A DNA stretch of 64,000 nucleotides, taken from Myxococcota bacterium (GTDB lineage: Bacteria > Myxococcota_A > UBA796 > SXON01). The DNA lies in the NCBI GenBank assembly GCA_040386535.1, contig JAZKFH010000017.1:1-64000 (forward strand), given 5' to 3'. Made by a program: the position numbers and the translations under genes. The notes beneath the pieces are model-generated. The model had not been told where the DNA came from. It saw nothing but the letters and a program-made list of their open reading frames with translations, and searched no databases. This document shows, in pieces, positions 9,592 through 19,423 of the stretch; the first letter of the stretch is position 1; every line of letters starts with the position of its first letter.

Positions 9592-9594
9592 CCC

Positions 9595-10704
9595 CTACGG
9601 GGCGGCGCCGTACTGGTCGAAGTTCAGGGTCGCGATGTCGAGCATGCCGTGAAGGGTGTGGTCGCGCACGTACGGCGCCGTGAGCCACGCGCTCTCCGAC
9701 TCGGGGTGGGCCCAGTAGGCGCGGACGAACGGCAGCCGGCACGGCGCGGTTGCGAGCAGCCGGTCGATCGCGAGGACGGGCCCGCGGTGATCGGGCTCGT
9801 AGGGCCACGGCGCGCCGACGTAGGGCCGGTGCACGGACCATCCCTCGACCGCCGCCGCGAGCGCGCCGCAGCGCCCATGGACGGGCCCCCCGATCGCGTC
9901 CAGCCGCTCCAGGCTGCCCTCCGGCGCCCATCCGGAGTAGAGGCCGGACAGCCCGAACGCCGTGCGCTTGAGCGTCTCGCGGAGGTCCTTGGCGATGGGC
10001 GTCCACGCGTCGGGAAGCAGGATCCCACGCTCCACCGCCGCCGTGTAGCCGTCCGCCTCGAAGCCGAGCACGGACAGCGCGACCATCTGCCCGACGAGCG
10101 TCTCCTCGCAGTACACCAGCAGGGCGAGGTGGCGCACCTCCTGGAGCGCCGGGAGCATGTCGCCCGTGCGCAGCCCTTCGAGCAGGCGGAGCCGCGCCAA
10201 CGTCAGGAATGGCAGCATGTTCGGGATACCGACGGCGAAGGCGGGCGTGCCCGGCGTGATCCCCTCCGCGAGCAGCGCCGCGCCGGGGCCCGACGCCATC
10301 GAGTCCCACCCGTCGTAGTCCAGCAGCACCTTCGTCACCGACAGATCGCCTCGCGGCCCGTCCTCGACGTGGTCCGTCCAGGTCGAGCCCCCGGCCTTCA
10401 GCGCGCTCGCCACCGCCGGGTCCGCCCACCACGGCGGCGTGGCGGACACGTGCACGTTGTCGTCCAGGCTCATCAGCGGGTTGAGCACCACGCCCGCGTC
10501 GCGTGTGATGTGGCACTCGCCGAACGGCAGCGCCCCCTGAAGCCGCTTCACGTCCGCGAGCAGCGCGTCGACGTGCTCCTGCGGAAACGCAGCGCCCACC
10601 TCGGCCGCCTCATGGCGCTGGAGCAGCGCGGCCCGCGCGCCGACCAGCCCCAGCATCACGAGGAGCCCGAGGGCGACAAGAACGAGCGGGAGACGACGGC
10701 GCAT
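9595..10704 (-). CDS. Hypothetical membrane-anchored or exported protein (369 aa)
   Basis: N-terminal MRRRLPLVLVALGLLVMLGL hydrophobic segment; coding-like composition; TGnTAnnnT 5 nt upstream of the ATG. Confidence 0.7.
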   Translation of the reverse strand: MRRRLPLVLVALGLLVMLGLVGARAALLQRHEAAEVGAAFPQEHVDALLADVKRLQGALPFGECHITRDAGVVLNPLMSLDDNVHVSATPPWWADPAVASALKAGGSTWTDHVEDGPRGDLSVTKVLLDYDGWDSMASGPGAALLAEGITPGTPAFAVGIPNMLPFLTLARLRLLEGLRTGDMLPALQEVRHLALLVYCEETLVGQMVALSVLGFEADGYTAAVERGILLPDAWTPIAKDLRETLKRTAFGLSGLYSGWAPEGSLERLDAIGGPVHGRCGALAAAVEGWSVHRPYVGAPWPYEPDHRGPVLAIDRLLATAPCRLPFVRAYWAHPESESAWLTAPYVRDHTLHGMLDIATLNFDQYGAAP

Positions 10705-10804
10705 GGGAAACCGTAGCACAGCGACGGCCGGGTTCCGTGGGTTCCCGTGCGTAGCGGAGTCCGGGCTCGTTTGGTGCGGTTCGTCGCGACGCATGGTCGG
10801 TTGG

Positions 10805-11584
10805 GGGGCGCCCCCGCGCGGACGCGGGCAGGTCGGCTGCGGGCGCGCGGCTGGCGCCGCTTGGTCGGCCGGGCGAAGCGGCATCGAAGCAGCGGATGAC
10901 ACTCCGGTGCGCCCGGCCGGACCAGCCGCCGGAGGCGGCTGCCCTCCGCGCCCTTGGCGCGGGGCGGCGAAGGCGACCGCGGCGACCGTGAGACGGCCCG
11001 TCCCGGTGGACCCTGGGCGCGTTGCCTGTGCACGTCCCTCAGTCCTCGAGTACGAGGGCGTCGAGGTCCGAGGTCATGCCCCCTTCAACGCCGCTAAATC
11101 GGAGTCATGCCCCCGTGAACGCCCAAATCGAGGCTCGCTCGGCGCGCCCTCCACGGAGCAAGCGGCGTTTTTCGCGCTGGGACAAGCGCCTTCAGCCTGG
11201 ATCCGTGCATTCAACCAGACATGACTCCGTGCCGCGTGCACTCATGGGGACATGACCCTGCGGCTCGGGAGCGCCGGCCTGCTGGGATGCGCGGGCGCCT
11301 GAGGGACGTGCATAGGCATGGACCTCACATCCCCCGACCCGGGACGGTATCCGCGCGCCGGGGCCCCCGCGGTGGGGTGGTTCGGCGCGTCCCGCGCGCG
11401 CGGATCCAACCCACGCGCCGCCCCCGCGCCACAAGCCCTGCACCCACCCCGCGGCAGGTAGCCGCAGGGCGGCCGGCTGCGCCGGCCGGTTCGGCGCCTC
11501 GACGCCGCGAGGCGGCGACCGCGCCAACCGAGCGCACCGCGCGAGCCCGAAGGGTGCCGCCGGCGGTCCGCCGCCGGGCCGCCC
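10805..11584 (-). repeat. Interrupted copy of a ~310-bp structured dispersed repeat (family A)
   Basis: Reverse complements of 11467-11584 and 10805-10964 align with 33245-33362 and 33397-33557. Confidence 0.8.
11023..11318. mobile_element. MITE-like element: 20-bp terminal inverted repeats (TG...CA) with sub-terminal repeats
   Basis: TGCCTGTGCACGTCCCTCAG (11023-11042) vs CTGAGGGACGTGCATAGGCA (11299-11318), 19/20 complementary. Inner IRs CGGAGTCATG/CATGACTCCG and GGTCATGCCCC/GGGGACATGACC. No clear target-site duplication. Confidence 0.5.
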
Positions 11585-11816
11585 AGATCCACACGCCGCT
11601 ACTCGACCGCCACCAGCTCCACGGCGATGGCCTGTGCCGTGCAGGTCCCAAGCTGACTTTCTCCCGTCCGGCGCCGCGCGCACGACATCGCGGCCCGCGT
11701 CATCGGCGCCGCGTGCCTAACAACCCGCTTTCACGTCCCCTCCGGCACCGATCCGCACCCCGGGCCGCTCCGTACGGCTCGGTGAGCGCGGACACCCCGC
11801 CTCAGGAGACCCAACC

Positions 11817-12392
11817 ATGCGCCTTTCCCTCCTCGCCCTCCTCCTCGCCGCCTGCACCTCCGGCAAGACCGACGACACCGGCATGACGGACGACTCCGGC
11901 ACCGATGACACCGACACCGACGTCGAGGAGGCCGACCCGAGCATCGCGCCCTCCGGCGCCCAGAGCCTCGCCGCCGCCGGAATGCTCGACTACACCGTCA
12001 CCGATCTGGTCGAGGGCCAGGCCTACCGCATCACGCTCGTGGTCGCGGCCAACATCACCGTCGCGGCCGACGGCACCGCCACCCTCGTGGACGCCGACGC
12101 CAACGGCGCCGCCGACGCGGGCGCCTCCGACGCGGTGGCCATCATCACCGCGGTGGACGGCACGGCCATCACCGGCACCAAGACCGTCCCCGGCCTCGAG
12201 GACGACCCGATGAACCCCACCGGCGTGTTCCCGACCAGCGGCGCGATCCGCTTCACGGTGACGGGCGTGGCCCCGGGCACCGTCGTGCCGGTCGTCTACG
12301 AGAACGGCGGCATCTCCACGTTCCTCGAGGTGACCAGCGCCGGCGAGCCCGTGGAGACCTACGCTGTCGCCGGGGCGCTCACGGTCCAGTAG
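11817..12392 (+). CDS. Lipoprotein with acidic DT linker and beta-rich domain
   Basis: RBS AGGAG; lipobox LLAAC. Confidence 0.85.
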   Translation: MRLSLLALLLAACTSGKTDDTGMTDDSGTDDTDTDVEEADPSIAPSGAQSLAAAGMLDYTVTDLVEGQAYRITLVVAANITVAADGTATLVDADANGAADAGASDAVAIITAVDGTAITGTKTVPGLEDDPMNPTGVFPTSGAIRFTVTGVAPGTVVPVVYENGGISTFLEVTSAGEPVETYAVAGALTVQ

Positions 12393-12411
12393 TCCGAGCG
12401 TGGGAGCGTCG

Positions 12412-12468
12412 TTGGGCGACCGACGCTGGGCGCGGTTCCCGGCACCCCGAGCGGTGCCGACCGCGCCC
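12412..12468 (-). repeat. REP-like hairpin repeat, family B, copy 1
   Basis: Reverse complement GGGCGCGGTCGGCACC-GCTCGG-GGTGCCGGGAACCGCGCCCAGCGTCGGTCGCCCAA matches 28734-28790 and 58909-58966. Confidence 0.8.
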
Positions 12469-12503
12469 GGTGGGCGTTGACCACGAGGTGGTACCGTCCC
12501 CCG

Positions 12504-14741
12504 ATGCTCCCACTCCTCGCCCTCCTGGCCCTCCCCGCCCACGCCACCGACACGTGGACCGACGTGCGCGACGGCGTGCGCCTCCTGTACCGCACGGCGA
12601 GCGGGCCGCTGCGCATCCACGTCGCCGAGGTGGACCTGTGCGCCGATGGGGCGCGTGTGCGGGCCACCGCCGAGGACGAGCGCCAGCGCACCGTCTCGTC
12701 GTTCGCGGCGCGGGTGGGCGCCGAGGTCGCCATCAACGGGGACTATTTCTCCTACGACGACTACACCGTGTCCGGGCTCGCCATCGGTGACGGCGACCAT
12801 TGGGACAGCGACAACAGCAGCGAGGCCTTCGCCGCGTTCGGGGGAGACCACGCCTGGATCAGCCCGCCGGCCGAGGTGTGGACCACTCCCGACGCGTGGA
12901 TGGACGACGCCGTGGCAGGCCGGCCGCAGCTGGTCGAGGACGGCGAGCCCACGGGCGATTACGACGATCCGTCGCATTGCGCGTCGCTCAACCCCCGCAG
13001 CGCGCTCGGCCTGTCGCGCGACCGCCAGACCCTCTGGCTCGTCGTGGTCGACGGGCGTACGTCCGCCTCCGTCGGTGTCACCTGCTCCGAATTGGCCGAC
13101 GTCCTCGACGACCTCGGCGCCTGGACCGCCTTCAACCTCGACGGCGGCGGCTCCTCGGCGTTGTGGGTGGACGGCGGCGTGGTCAACGACCCCTCCGACG
13201 GCACCGAGCGTGCGGTCGCGAATCACCTCGCCGTGGTGTTCGAGAGCGGCGCGCCCGCCGCGTGCGACTGGTCGCAGGACGAGGTGGTGCTCCAGGCCGC
13301 CGAGGTCGATCCGCACCACACCGACGTGAACGGCGACGGCCTGGCCGACCTGTGCGCGCGCTCGGCGTCCGACTACCGTTGCACGCTCGCGACGGGTGAC
13401 GGCACCTTCGGTGACACCTGGACCGTCCCTTCGCTTGCCAACACCAACGGGTGGGCCGACGAGACCAATTACCAGAGCATCCGCCTCGCCGACATCGACG
13501 GGGACCGCCGCGCCGACGTGTGCGCGCGGGGAGACGCGGGTGTGTACTGTTGGAAGTCCACCGGCACGGGTTTCGGCGCGTCGATCGCCGGCCCCACGCT
13601 CTCGGACGCCGACGGGTGGGACGACCCGAAGTACGCCACCACGCTCCAACTCGCCGACCTCGACGCCGACGGCGACGACGACCTGTGCGCGCGCGGCGCC
13701 ACCGGCCTCCGCTGCTGGCCGAGCACCGGGTCCGGCTTCGGCGCCGAGCTCGCCACGCTCGCGCTCTCCGACGCCTCGGGGTGGGGCGAGCCCGAACACT
13801 ACGGCACGATCCGCCTCGCCGACATCGACGGCGACGGGGCCGCCGACGCCTGCGCGCGCGGGGGCGCCGGCCTGTACTGCTGGCCCAGCATCGGCACCGG
13901 CTTCGGCGCGCGTTTCGACGGCCCCGCCTGGAGCGACGCCGCGGGCTGGGACGACGTTTCCGCGTGGAGCACGATCCGCCTCGTCGATCTCGACGGCGAC
14001 GGCCGCGCAGACGTGTGCGGCCGCGGTCCCGACGGGGTAGCCTGCGCGCGGTCGACCGGCGCGGGCTTCGGCGCCCCGTTCGCGGGCCCCACGCTCACGG
14101 ACGCGTCCGGCTGGGGCGACCACGACAACTACGACACCCTCCGCACGGGCGACGTGGACGCCGACGGCGACATCGACCTCTGCGCGCGCGCCAACGCCCG
14201 CGTCTACTGCTGGCTCCAGGACGGCGACAGCTTCGCCACGCGCATCGACGGGCCCGAGCTCTCCGACACGAGCGGCTGGATCCAGGCCCGGTACTACAGC
14301 ACCATGCGGCTCGCCGACGTGACGGGGGACGGCCGCGCCGACCTCTGCGCGCGCGGCTCCTCGGGGGTGCGCTGCTGGCCGAGCCTGGGCACCTCGTTCG
14401 CCACCTCGGTGGCGGGGCCGGCGTGGTCCGACGACAACGGCTGGGACGACATCGCCTACTACAGCACGCTCCGGCTCGGCACGCCGCCGCCCGTGGCGGA
14501 GTCGCCGGGTGACACGGGTGACACGGATGACACGGATGTCGTTGACACGGATGTGCCCGATACCGGCGCGCCCGACACCGACTCCGCCGTTGACACGGAT
14601 GACACGGACGGCCCCGGCCGCGCGAGCGCCATCCCCGGCGACGAGGGCTGCGGGTGTGGCGTGCCCGGGCGGGCATCCCCCGTTGGGGTGCTCGCGGTCC
14701 TGGTGGCGCTCGGCCTTCGCCGGAGGCCCACCCGTCGGTGA
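12504..14741 (+). CDS. Phosphodiester glycosidase (NAGPA-like) with 7 FG-GAP/VCBS repeats and a MYXO-CTERM-like tail
   Basis: AINGDYF, NPRSALG, VVVDGR and NLDGGGSS motifs; seven DxxGDGxADxC-type repeats; C-terminal GCGC-TM-RRR. Confidence 0.88.
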   Translation: MLPLLALLALPAHATDTWTDVRDGVRLLYRTASGPLRIHVAEVDLCADGARVRATAEDERQRTVSSFAARVGAEVAINGDYFSYDDYTVSGLAIGDGDHWDSDNSSEAFAAFGGDHAWISPPAEVWTTPDAWMDDAVAGRPQLVEDGEPTGDYDDPSHCASLNPRSALGLSRDRQTLWLVVVDGRTSASVGVTCSELADVLDDLGAWTAFNLDGGGSSALWVDGGVVNDPSDGTERAVANHLAVVFESGAPAACDWSQDEVVLQAAEVDPHHTDVNGDGLADLCARSASDYRCTLATGDGTFGDTWTVPSLANTNGWADETNYQSIRLADIDGDRRADVCARGDAGVYCWKSTGTGFGASIAGPTLSDADGWDDPKYATTLQLADLDADGDDDLCARGATGLRCWPSTGSGFGAELATLALSDASGWGEPEHYGTIRLADIDGDGAADACARGGAGLYCWPSIGTGFGARFDGPAWSDAAGWDDVSAWSTIRLVDLDGDGRADVCGRGPDGVACARSTGAGFGAPFAGPTLTDASGWGDHDNYDTLRTGDVDADGDIDLCARANARVYCWLQDGDSFATRIDGPELSDTSGWIQARYYSTMRLADVTGDGRADLCARGSSGVRCWPSLGTSFATSVAGPAWSDDNGWDDIAYYSTLRLGTPPPVAESPGDTGDTDDTDVVDTDVPDTGAPDTDSAVDTDDTDGPGRASAIPGDEGCGCGVPGRASPVGVLAVLVALGLRRRPTRR

Positions 14742-14852
14742 GGGTGGGACATCCTCCCCACCCCGCCCCGGGGCCCGCGAGCCCCACTCCCCCGTAGATC
14801 CGCACCCCGTCGGCCTCTCCGCGGGGACCCGTTCTTGCAGTGAACACGGGGC

Positions 14853-16973
14853 GTGGTCCTCTCCCTCCTCCTCGCCGTCGGTTGCCAGCGCGACGCCTTC
14901 ACGTCCGACACGGGTGACACCGCGCTCGCCGAGGCCGCGGCCTACGATGCGACCGACGCCGACCTCACGCCCCAGGCGCGCGTGATCGAGCGCCTCCTCG
15001 CGGCCGGCTCGCCCTTGCCCCCGCTCGATGTCCTCGCCGCGATGGGCGGCGAACCCGTGCCTCCGCCCTCGTCCGCCTCCGCCTACGACTTCACGCCCCC
15101 CGAGACGATCCGCGTGTGGCGCATGTCCGAGGGCGGCGCGTCGTCGTGCGCCGGGCCAGTCGAGGTCATCGATTTCGAGGAGTACGTCAAGGGCGTGCTC
15201 CCCCACGAGTGGATCACGTCCTGGGAGGAGGAGTCCCTGCGCGCAGGCGCTGTCGCCATCCGCACGTACGCCGCGTACTGGGTGAACGCCGGGGGCAAGT
15301 ACACGTGCGCCGACATCTGCGACACCACGTCGTGCCAAGTGTACGAAGACTCGCGTTTGGCTGTCACCAACCAGGCGGTCGACGACACCCAGGGCGAGTA
15401 CGTGGTGGACGGCCGCGATCTCGTGTTCGCCGAGTACTCCGCCGAGAACGGCGACCCCACCGCGAACGGCGTGTCCGACCCGTATTGTGGCGGCGAGGCC
15501 TTGTTCGGGCATGGGCGCGGGGTGTGTCAGTGGGGCAGCCAACGCTGGGCGCTGTACGGCGGCAAGGACCACGAGTGGATCGTGGAGCACTACTACCCGG
15601 GCACCGAGGTGGTGGTGGTGGGTGTAGACGAGGACGGCGACGGCTACGTGGCCGACGACGGCGACTGTGACGACACCGACCCCGCCGTGAACCCGGGCGC
15701 CGCCGAGTTGTGCGACGCCATCGACAACAACTGTGACACCACCACGGACGAGGGCTACGAGGTCGACGGCGACGGCTTCCGCACGTGTGACGGCGACTGT
15801 GCCGACACGATCGCGGCCGTCCACCCCGGCGCCGCCGAGCTCGAAGACGGCGTGGACAACGACTGTGACCGGCGCGTCGACGAGGGCACGCCCGCCTACG
15901 ACGATGACAGCGACGGTTGGACCGACACCGCCGGCGATTGCAACGACGCCGATGCCTTCGTGTTCCCCGCGGCGCCCGAGCGCGACAACGGCGCCGACGA
16001 CGACTGCGACGGGATCGTGGACGACGGCACCGCCCGCGTGGACGACGACGGCGACGGTTGGACCGACGCCGCCGGGGACTGCGACGACGCCGACGCCCTC
16101 GCGTTCCCGGGCGCCGCCGAACGCGCCAACGCCGCCGACGATGACTGTGACGGCACGGTCGACGAGGGTACCCCCCTCTCCGACGACGACGGCGACAGCG
16201 TCACCGACGCCGCGGGGGACTGTGACGACGCCGACCCCACGGCCTTCCCCGGCGCGCCCGAGCGTGACAACGGCGCCGATGACGACTGTGACGGGATCGT
16301 GGACGATGGCACCCCCAGCGTGGACGATGATGGCGACGGTTGGACCGACGCCGCCGGGGACTGTGACGACGGCGACGCCCGGGCCCACCCCAACGCCCAG
16401 GAGGCCCCCGACGGCGTGGACGGTGACTGCAATGGCCTCGTGGACGACCACACCGCCGTGTTCGACGACGACCACGACGCCTGGACCGAAGTTTCCGGTG
16501 ACTGTGACGACGCCAATCCCGCCACCTTCCCGGGCGCGCGCGAGTTGGTCGACGGGCATGACAACGATTGCAACCACGCGGTCGACGACCACACCGACGT
16601 GACCGACGACGACGGCGACGGCTACCCCGAGAACGCCCACGACTGCGACGACACCCGCCCCACCGTGTACCCCGGCGCCCCCGAGGCCCTCGACCTGCTC
16701 GACAACGACTGTGACGGGCTCGTGGACGACGAGACCACCGCCTCCGACGACGACGGCGACGGCTGGTCCGAGGCCGACGGCGACTGTGACGACGCCAACG
16801 CCCACGTGTTCCCCCTCGCCCGCGAGCGGACGGACGGCCGCGACGGCGATTGTGACACCGTCACCGAGCGCCCCGAAGGGTGGGTGCGCGGGTGCGCCAC
16901 GGGGCCGGGGAGGCCTGTGTCACTTGGGTGGGTGATCGTGGGGCTGGCGGTGGTGCGGCGGCGGGGGGGGTGA
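14853..16973 (+). CDS. SpoIID/LytB-domain protein with 9 MopE-like (putative metal-binding) repeats and a MYXO-CTERM-like tail
   Basis: EEYVKGVLPHE (catalytic Glu position), AIRTYA, CDTTSCQVY, GHGRGVCQWG, HYYPG; DCDD...PGA.E...DNDCDG repeats; GCAT-TM-RRR. Confidence 0.88.
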   Translation: MVLSLLLAVGCQRDAFTSDTGDTALAEAAAYDATDADLTPQARVIERLLAAGSPLPPLDVLAAMGGEPVPPPSSASAYDFTPPETIRVWRMSEGGASSCAGPVEVIDFEEYVKGVLPHEWITSWEEESLRAGAVAIRTYAAYWVNAGGKYTCADICDTTSCQVYEDSRLAVTNQAVDDTQGEYVVDGRDLVFAEYSAENGDPTANGVSDPYCGGEALFGHGRGVCQWGSQRWALYGGKDHEWIVEHYYPGTEVVVVGVDEDGDGYVADDGDCDDTDPAVNPGAAELCDAIDNNCDTTTDEGYEVDGDGFRTCDGDCADTIAAVHPGAAELEDGVDNDCDRRVDEGTPAYDDDSDGWTDTAGDCNDADAFVFPAAPERDNGADDDCDGIVDDGTARVDDDGDGWTDAAGDCDDADALAFPGAAERANAADDDCDGTVDEGTPLSDDDGDSVTDAAGDCDDADPTAFPGAPERDNGADDDCDGIVDDGTPSVDDDGDGWTDAAGDCDDGDARAHPNAQEAPDGVDGDCNGLVDDHTAVFDDDHDAWTEVSGDCDDANPATFPGARELVDGHDNDCNHAVDDHTDVTDDDGDGYPENAHDCDDTRPTVYPGAPEALDLLDNDCDGLVDDETTASDDDGDGWSEADGDCDDANAHVFPLARERTDGRDGDCDTVTERPEGWVRGCATGPGRPVSLGWVIVGLAVVRRRGG

Positions 16974-17001
16974 TCCCGGCCGCCGCGCCACACGCTGCGC
17001 G

Positions 17002-18174
17002 CTACCCGACCCGCACGGCGTAGATCGGCGGCAGGTTGTTCGCCACGGTGATCCAGCGCTCGCCGCCGTCCTCGCTGACGTACAGGTTCCCGGTCGTGCT
17101 GCCGAAGGCCACGGCGCCGTCCGCGTTGTGGAGCGCGTGCCGGTACACGATGTCCCAGGCGTTCTCCTGCGGCAGGCCGGTGCGCTGATGACGCCAGGTC
17201 GTCCCACCGTCGTCGGTGCGGGCCACGGACAGGTTCCCGTCGATCGCCGTGCGCTGGTTGTCGCCGCGCGCGGGCACCAGCCAGGCCACGCGGCCGTCCT
17301 TCGCGTCCACCGTGACGGGGAAGCCGAAGTGTACGCCCTGCTCGGGCACGCTGACGTTGCGCCAGGAAGCGGCGCCATCGCTGCTGTAGAACACCCCCGC
17401 GTGGTTCTGCTGCCACACGTGGTCGGGCGAACCCTCACAGAGCTCGATGGCGTGTGTGTCGTGGCCCCACTCCGCCTCGGGTTCGGGCGTATGGTCCATC
17501 GCCATCCCCTTGTTGCGGCTCCGCCAGGACTTTCCGCCGTCGGTCGTCTCGATGACGCCCGCGGTGGACACGGCGATCAGCACACGATCGGGGTCCCGCG
17601 GGTCCACCGCGATCGAGTGGATGCCCGGCGCGAAGTCCCCGCCCTCGGACGCGGGGGTGCCGAACCACTTGGTCTCCGTCTTCGCGTCGCCCTGCGAGAC
17701 GTCGCCGCCGCGGGACTCGTGGTTCCAGAGCGCCATGTTCAGCGTGAAGGACGCGCCGCCGTCATGGCTCTCGAAGAGGCCGCCGGGGATCGTTCCGACG
17801 TAGATGCGCCCGGGGCCGAACCCGATGACCCAGAGCTTGGCGAGCGTGGCCGGCTTGGTCGAGATCTTCCAGCCCACGCCGAACTCGCTGCTCGCGTCCT
17901 CGTACATGTCCTGCGCGATGAAACGCGCACCCTCCGGGTACTTGATCTGCGCCGGCGCGTCGGCCCAGGTGGCGCCGTCGTCGTCGGAGATCGAGAGCTT
18001 CGCGCCCCAGTGACCGTGCCCGAGCAGCGCCCAGAGGCGCCCGGTGTACGGATCCTTCGCGACGAAGTTCACCCCGGAGCCGCCGTGCCCGGACAGCCGC
18101 GACGTCCAGGTGCCCGCGGTCTTCTCCACGATGAAGGTGCCCTTCCGGGTCGCGACGAGAATTCGAGAAGCCAT
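17002..18174 (-). CDS. BNR/Asp-box beta-propeller protein (WD40/YVTN/BNR-like)
   Basis: Repeated SxDGGxTW Asp-boxes, QQNHAGV, FGFPV, GSTTG; no signal peptide. Confidence 0.85.
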   Translation of the reverse strand: MASRILVATRKGTFIVEKTAGTWTSRLSGHGGSGVNFVAKDPYTGRLWALLGHGHWGAKLSISDDDGATWADAPAQIKYPEGARFIAQDMYEDASSEFGVGWKISTKPATLAKLWVIGFGPGRIYVGTIPGGLFESHDGGASFTLNMALWNHESRGGDVSQGDAKTETKWFGTPASEGGDFAPGIHSIAVDPRDPDRVLIAVSTAGVIETTDGGKSWRSRNKGMAMDHTPEPEAEWGHDTHAIELCEGSPDHVWQQNHAGVFYSSDGAASWRNVSVPEQGVHFGFPVTVDAKDGRVAWLVPARGDNQRTAIDGNLSVARTDDGGTTWRHQRTGLPQENAWDIVYRHALHNADGAVAFGSTTGNLYVSEDGGERWITVANNLPPIYAVRVG

Positions 18175-18176
18175 GC

Positions 18177-18455
18177 CTATCCTCCGCTGAGTGCTTGCAG
18201 GATCCAGAGCGTGTCGCCGTCGCGAAGCGGGTCACTGAGCCCGCGACGGTCCTTCACCCGGTCGGTGTTGACGAAGATGTTGACGTGCGTGCGGAGCCGC
18301 CCGAGCTCGTCGCACAGGTAGAACGCGAGGCCCGGCGCCAGCGCCTCGAGCGCGCGGATGCCCTCGGCGACGGTGGCCGCCTCGATCTTCACCTCTGTCC
18401 CCTCCAGCTTCGGGAAGAAGGAGTGCAGGTGGCGGGTGAACTGGACGGTGACCAT
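18177..18455 (-). CDS. MoaD/ThiS family ubiquitin-like protein
   Basis: 92 aa; LRTHVNIFVN; C-terminal ALSGG. Confidence 0.9.
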   Translation of the reverse strand: MVTVQFTRHLHSFFPKLEGTEVKIEAATVAEGIRALEALAPGLAFYLCDELGRLRTHVNIFVNTDRVKDRRGLSDPLRDGDTLWILQALSGG

Positions 18456-18537
18456 GGCGCGTAACTGAACCCGCGGAGGCGGGCGTGGCCACACCTCGGC
18501 GAACGAGCCCGCGCCATTCGGCCTCGAACCCCGGCGG

Positions 18538-18753
18538 CTAACGCGCCGTGCGCGCCAGGATCACCTCCCGACCGATCGGCTCGGGCTGCCCGGCGTCGGT
18601 GAACGTCACCGTCTGCTCCGGCGTGAACAGCAGCTGGGCGTCCACCACGCGGGCGTCCTCGTGCACCATCGCGTCGAGCCAGGCCTCGGCCGGCACCTCC
18701 ACGTCCCCGAGGCTGGCGTCGTGGCAGGCAAGGGCGAGGAGGAGGATGAACAA
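18538..18753 (-). CDS. Small putative lipoprotein, possibly a gene fragment
   Basis: TTG start giving FILLLALAC; short. Confidence 0.35.
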   Translation of the reverse strand: MFILLLALACHDASLGDVEVPAEAWLDAMVHEDARVVDAQLLFTPEQTVTFTDAGQPEPIGREVILARTAR

Positions 18754-18763
18754 GCCGGCTCCT

Positions 18764-19423
18764 TCAGGTGTCGGCGGACCCACGAGCGGATGTCAGAGGA
18801 ACCCGCGCCACGATGAACCCAAGCTCCGCCTTCGCGCCCACGTCCGGACTCTCGATGTCGACGAAGCCCGCGGCGCGGATCTCGTCGATCAGCGTCTGCT
18901 TCGAGAAGACCCACACCCGCGGCGCCTTCCCGACCCAATACATCGCGCGGAGGATCGGTGTGTAGGGCACCCAGGACTCGCCCAGGCAGGCCGTGGAGGT
19001 CACCAGGAATCCGCCCGGCTCGAGCAGGCGGTACATGTGGGCGAGCGACGCGGCGCGGTCTTCGACCAGGTGAAGGATGCTGCAGGCGCAGAGCCCATGG
19101 AGGCTGCCGTCCGCGAAGGTGGTGAAGGTCTCGTCGAACGCGCCGGTGTGAAAGCTGACGTTCGCGGCCCCGTGGTCGGCGGCCTTGCCCCGGGCGATGC
19201 GCACCATCTCCGGCGAGAGATCGAGCCCGTGGACGTGGGCGGCGAACGGCGCGAGGCGCAGCGCCAGCGAGCCGGTGCCACACCCAACGTCCAGCACGGT
19301 GTCGGTCGGTGTCATCCGCGCCTTCATCACGGCGATCTTCCGCTCGAAGGCCTCGGGGTCCGTGACCGGCGTGCGGGCGTATTTCTCGGCGATATTGTTC
19401 CAGAAGGTCGGATCAGCGGTCAC
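18764..19423 (-). CDS. Class I SAM-dependent methyltransferase
   Basis: FWNNIAEKYA, VLDVGCGTG, LLEPGG. Confidence 0.9.
   Translation of the reverse strand: MTADPTFWNNIAEKYARTPVTDPEAFERKIAVMKARMTPTDTVLDVGCGTGSLALRLAPFAAHVHGLDLSPEMVRIARGKAADHGAANVSFHTGAFDETFTTFADGSLHGLCACSILHLVEDRAASLAHMYRLLEPGGFLVTSTACLGESWVPYTPILRAMYWVGKAPRVWVFSKQTLIDEIRAAGFVDIESPDVGAKAELGFIVARVPLTSARGSADT

Noticed and set aside
10705..11816. Short ORFs in the 1.1-kb gap
   Set aside because: Low-complexity Arg/Pro/Gly translations; the region is explained by structured repeats
14823..14839. Sigma54-like GG-N10-GC upstream of the SpoIID gene
   Set aside because: The -24 box is degenerate and very close to the start codon; too weak to call
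11802..16805. 1667-aa minus-strand ORF, and similar long antisense ORFs such as 55694-59170, 586-3036 and 60497-63238
   Set aside because: Shadow frames of real genes in high-GC DNA; no motifs, and the opposite strand carries recognisable domains
15630..16870. Regular ~130-bp DNA repeats resembling an array
   Set aside because: They are in-frame MopE-like protein repeats
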